Positions 48,143 through 49,893 of a stretch of 49,893 nucleotides of DNA are shown piece after piece. This stretch comes from Candidatus Poribacteria bacterium (lineage in GTDB: Bacteria > Poribacteria > WGA-4E > WGA-3G). The first letter of the stretch is position 1, and each line of letters opens with the position of its first letter. A model generated the notes under the pieces. The model ran no database searches and had not been told where the DNA came from. It worked only from the letters and a program-made list of their open reading frames with translations. The position numbers and the translations under genes are program-made. The stretch spans positions 1,383-51,275 of the forward strand of contig VXOP01000382.1 in the NCBI GenBank assembly GCA_009839975.1. Reading direction: 5' to 3'.

Positions 48143-49126
48143 TTATATCTCATATTTCACTAATTTTCGTGCTGCATCTACAATCTGTTCCGTATCAGGA
48201 ATAACGAATTTTTCCATCACGGGTGCGAATGGAACAGGGACGGGTGCAGCAGCCACGCGTTCAATGGGTGCATCAAGGTAATCAAACACCTCTCGGACAA
48301 CAAGTGCAGCGATTTCAGCACCGAAACCTGCTCTACCGACTGCCTCATGTGCAATCAGTAATCGGTTCGTTTTCTTGACTGACTCGAAAATGGTATCTTT
48401 GTCAAGTGGCATGAGCGTTCTTGGGTCGACAATTTCAGCGGAGATTCCTTCTTCTGAAAGTTCCTCAGCTGCTTCAAGTGCTTTTAAGACCATACGCGAT
48501 GTTGCCAAAATCGTAATATCGTCACCCTCTCTCTTTACTTCCGCTTCACCCAAAGGAATTGTATATTCATCATCTGGGATTTCGCCTTCTTCAGTATAGA
48601 GCAGTTTGTGTTCAATGAACATAATAGGGTTGTCGTTTCGGATTGCAGTTTTTAGCAGTCCTTTTGCATCATAGGGTGTGGACGGCATGACAACAAGTAG
48701 ACCCGGAATATGCACGAACCATGCCTCAAGACTTTGTGCATGCTGTGCAGCGGATGAACGTCCGGCACCACCTTGTGTGCGGATGACAAGAGGAACATCT
48801 AACTGTCCACCGACCATATAACGGATTTTTGCTACTTGGTTGACAATTTGATCCATTCCAACTGCAGTGAAGTCAATATACATCAGTTCTGCAACGGGAC
48901 GCATGCCTGTAACTGCTGCACCCAGTGCAGTGCCAATTATCGCAGATTCAGAGATGGGAGTATTTCGGATACGTTCTTTTCCAAACTGCTTATATAGACC
49001 GTCCGTAACCTTGTATGCGCCGCCATATTCAGCGATGTCTTCCCCCATAAGGAAGACGGTTTCGTCCCGTTCCATCTCTTCTATCAGTGCCTCTTTAAGA
49101 GCATCACGATAGGTTATTGTTTTCAT
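48143..49126 (-). CDS. 2-oxoacid/acetoin dehydrogenase E1 beta subunit (PdhB/AcoB-like)
   Basis: EEM.RD..V..MGEDI..YGG..KVT.GL, NTPISE, GMRPV.E.M..DF, AAQH.Q, P.TPYDAKGLL, LDAPI.RV. Confidence 0.93.
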   Translation of the reverse strand: MKTITYRDALKEALIEEMERDETVFLMGEDIAEYGGAYKVTDGLYKQFGKERIRNTPISESAIIGTALGAAVTGMRPVAELMYIDFTAVGMDQIVNQVAKIRYMVGGQLDVPLVIRTQGGAGRSSAAQHAQSLEAWFVHIPGLLVVMPSTPYDAKGLLKTAIRNDNPIMFIEHKLLYTEEGEIPDDEYTIPLGEAEVKREGDDITILATSRMVLKALEAAEELSEEGISAEIVDPRTLMPLDKDTIFESVKKTNRLLIAHEAVGRAGFGAEIAALVVREVFDYLDAPIERVAAAPVPVPFAPVMEKFVIPDTEQIVDAARKLVKYEI

Positions 49127-49186
49127 TTACATTTTATTCCTTTCAATCATTGCTTCTCTTGTGAACTTCCTTCAAATACACATTAC

Positions 49187-49893
49187 CTATACTGATGAGG
49201 GATGTGCTTGCAAAACAGGAATGACGTAACTCCGTATGGTTATATCGTCAACAGTTTCTGTTTCTACAATAGGTTCTGGTTTCTCACGATGATCAAACAC
49301 GATATAATAGCCTTGCTCTGTTCCCTCTAATTTCGCGTACGTTGCGAGTTGTTTTTTACCTGAAGCATAACGTGATTTACCTTCCCATATTTTTGTTTCT
49401 ACGATATATTTCCTCTGATTGTGAATAAGGAGAAGGTCCATCCTACCTCGACCTGTCTGTACCTCAAGATACATACTTCCACCTACATTTCGGATGAAGT
49501 GTTCAAGGTAGGCATAAAGCAGAAGTTGACCAACATATTCCTGTGGTGTGTCCGGAACTTGCAGAATACGAAAGCCGACACGAGCAATAAAATCTCGAAA
49601 GTTATCAAGAACTGCTTCTATATCAATATCTCCAGTTGGTGTAAGGTAATCCAAGCTACATTCATCTTTCTCTTCCGAGAAATACTCGTTCTCCAATCCA
49701 TTTATTGCTGGTTTGAATGCTTGTATGATTCTATGTTTATAAATTGGATTTACTATCTCACACATTCCATCAACACCCCTTGCAATGACACCAAATGTTG
49801 CAAGTTCATTGACAATTGGATCATTCAAATTAAATCGGTGTCCTTTCTCATAGGAAGTGATTTGCATAAGTTTGCTTTCATATCTTCGGTCTC
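49187..49893 (-). CDS. C-terminal part of an AAA-like ATPase + PD-(D/E)XK nuclease protein (runs off the right edge)
   Basis: Frame is open to the window edge; I.NPIY, E...GRGRMDLL...YIVETKIW, GKKQL..Y, GYYIVFD.R. Confidence 0.8.
   Translation of the reverse strand, partial: DRRYESKLMQITSYEKGHRFNLNDPIVNELATFGVIARGVDGMCEIVNPIYKHRIIQAFKPAINGLENEYFSEEKDECSLDYLTPTGDIDIEAVLDNFRDFIARVGFRILQVPDTPQEYVGQLLLYAYLEHFIRNVGGSMYLEVQTGRGRMDLLLIHNQRKYIVETKIWEGKSRYASGKKQLATYAKLEGTEQGYYIVFDHREKPEPIVETETVDDITIRSYVIPVLQAHPSSV

Noticed and set aside
390-49112. Numerous short plus-strand and nested ORFs (e.g. 6612-7031, 10130-10627, 26331-26759, 31017-31448, 31774-32319, 39544-39942)
   Set aside because: They are antisense or out-of-frame shadows of well-supported genes, with no motifs or RBS.

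Overview
The window is almost entirely minus-strand DNA of about 40% GC (estimated by eye) from a diderm bacterium. The gene repertoire (WD40, Uma2, DUF6785, DUF1501/DUF1549-DUF1553, giant propellers, GTAG REP hairpins) suggests Candidatus Poribacteria or a similar lineage; this is an inference. From left to right it holds: (1) a complete Pup-proteasome operon (arc-dop-pup-prcB-prcA-pafA) followed by Uma2. (2) lolA-pgsA-thpR-recA, with an apparently exact 1596-bp tandem duplication that creates a truncated recA. (3) DUF6785, CtpA and BNR-repeat genes. (4) A ~14.4-kb defence island: type ISP restriction-modification enzyme, DUF2779 nuclease, an orphan repeat protein, TIR-unknown-TIR, PHP-ATPase and Schlafen/AlbA_2. 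(5) A planctomycete-type DUF1501/DUF1549-1553/WD40 cluster with an ExbD fusion. (6) An outer-membrane protein, a 1401-aa propeller, hflKC, an E1-beta subunit and a partial AAA/PD-(D/E)XK gene. The most striking unannotated signal is that the 3' end of the type ISP gene recurs two or three more times inside the island (25544-25636, 24353-24540, weakly 18548-18580). Each copy sits at a junction between cargo blocks, so the island looks like a cassette array built by repeated insertion at the end of an RM gene. One block is a candidate new TIR-based immune operon with no recognisable ThsA effector. Three families of MITE-like inverted-repeat elements are also visible. No tRNA, rRNA, CRISPR array or integrase was seen.
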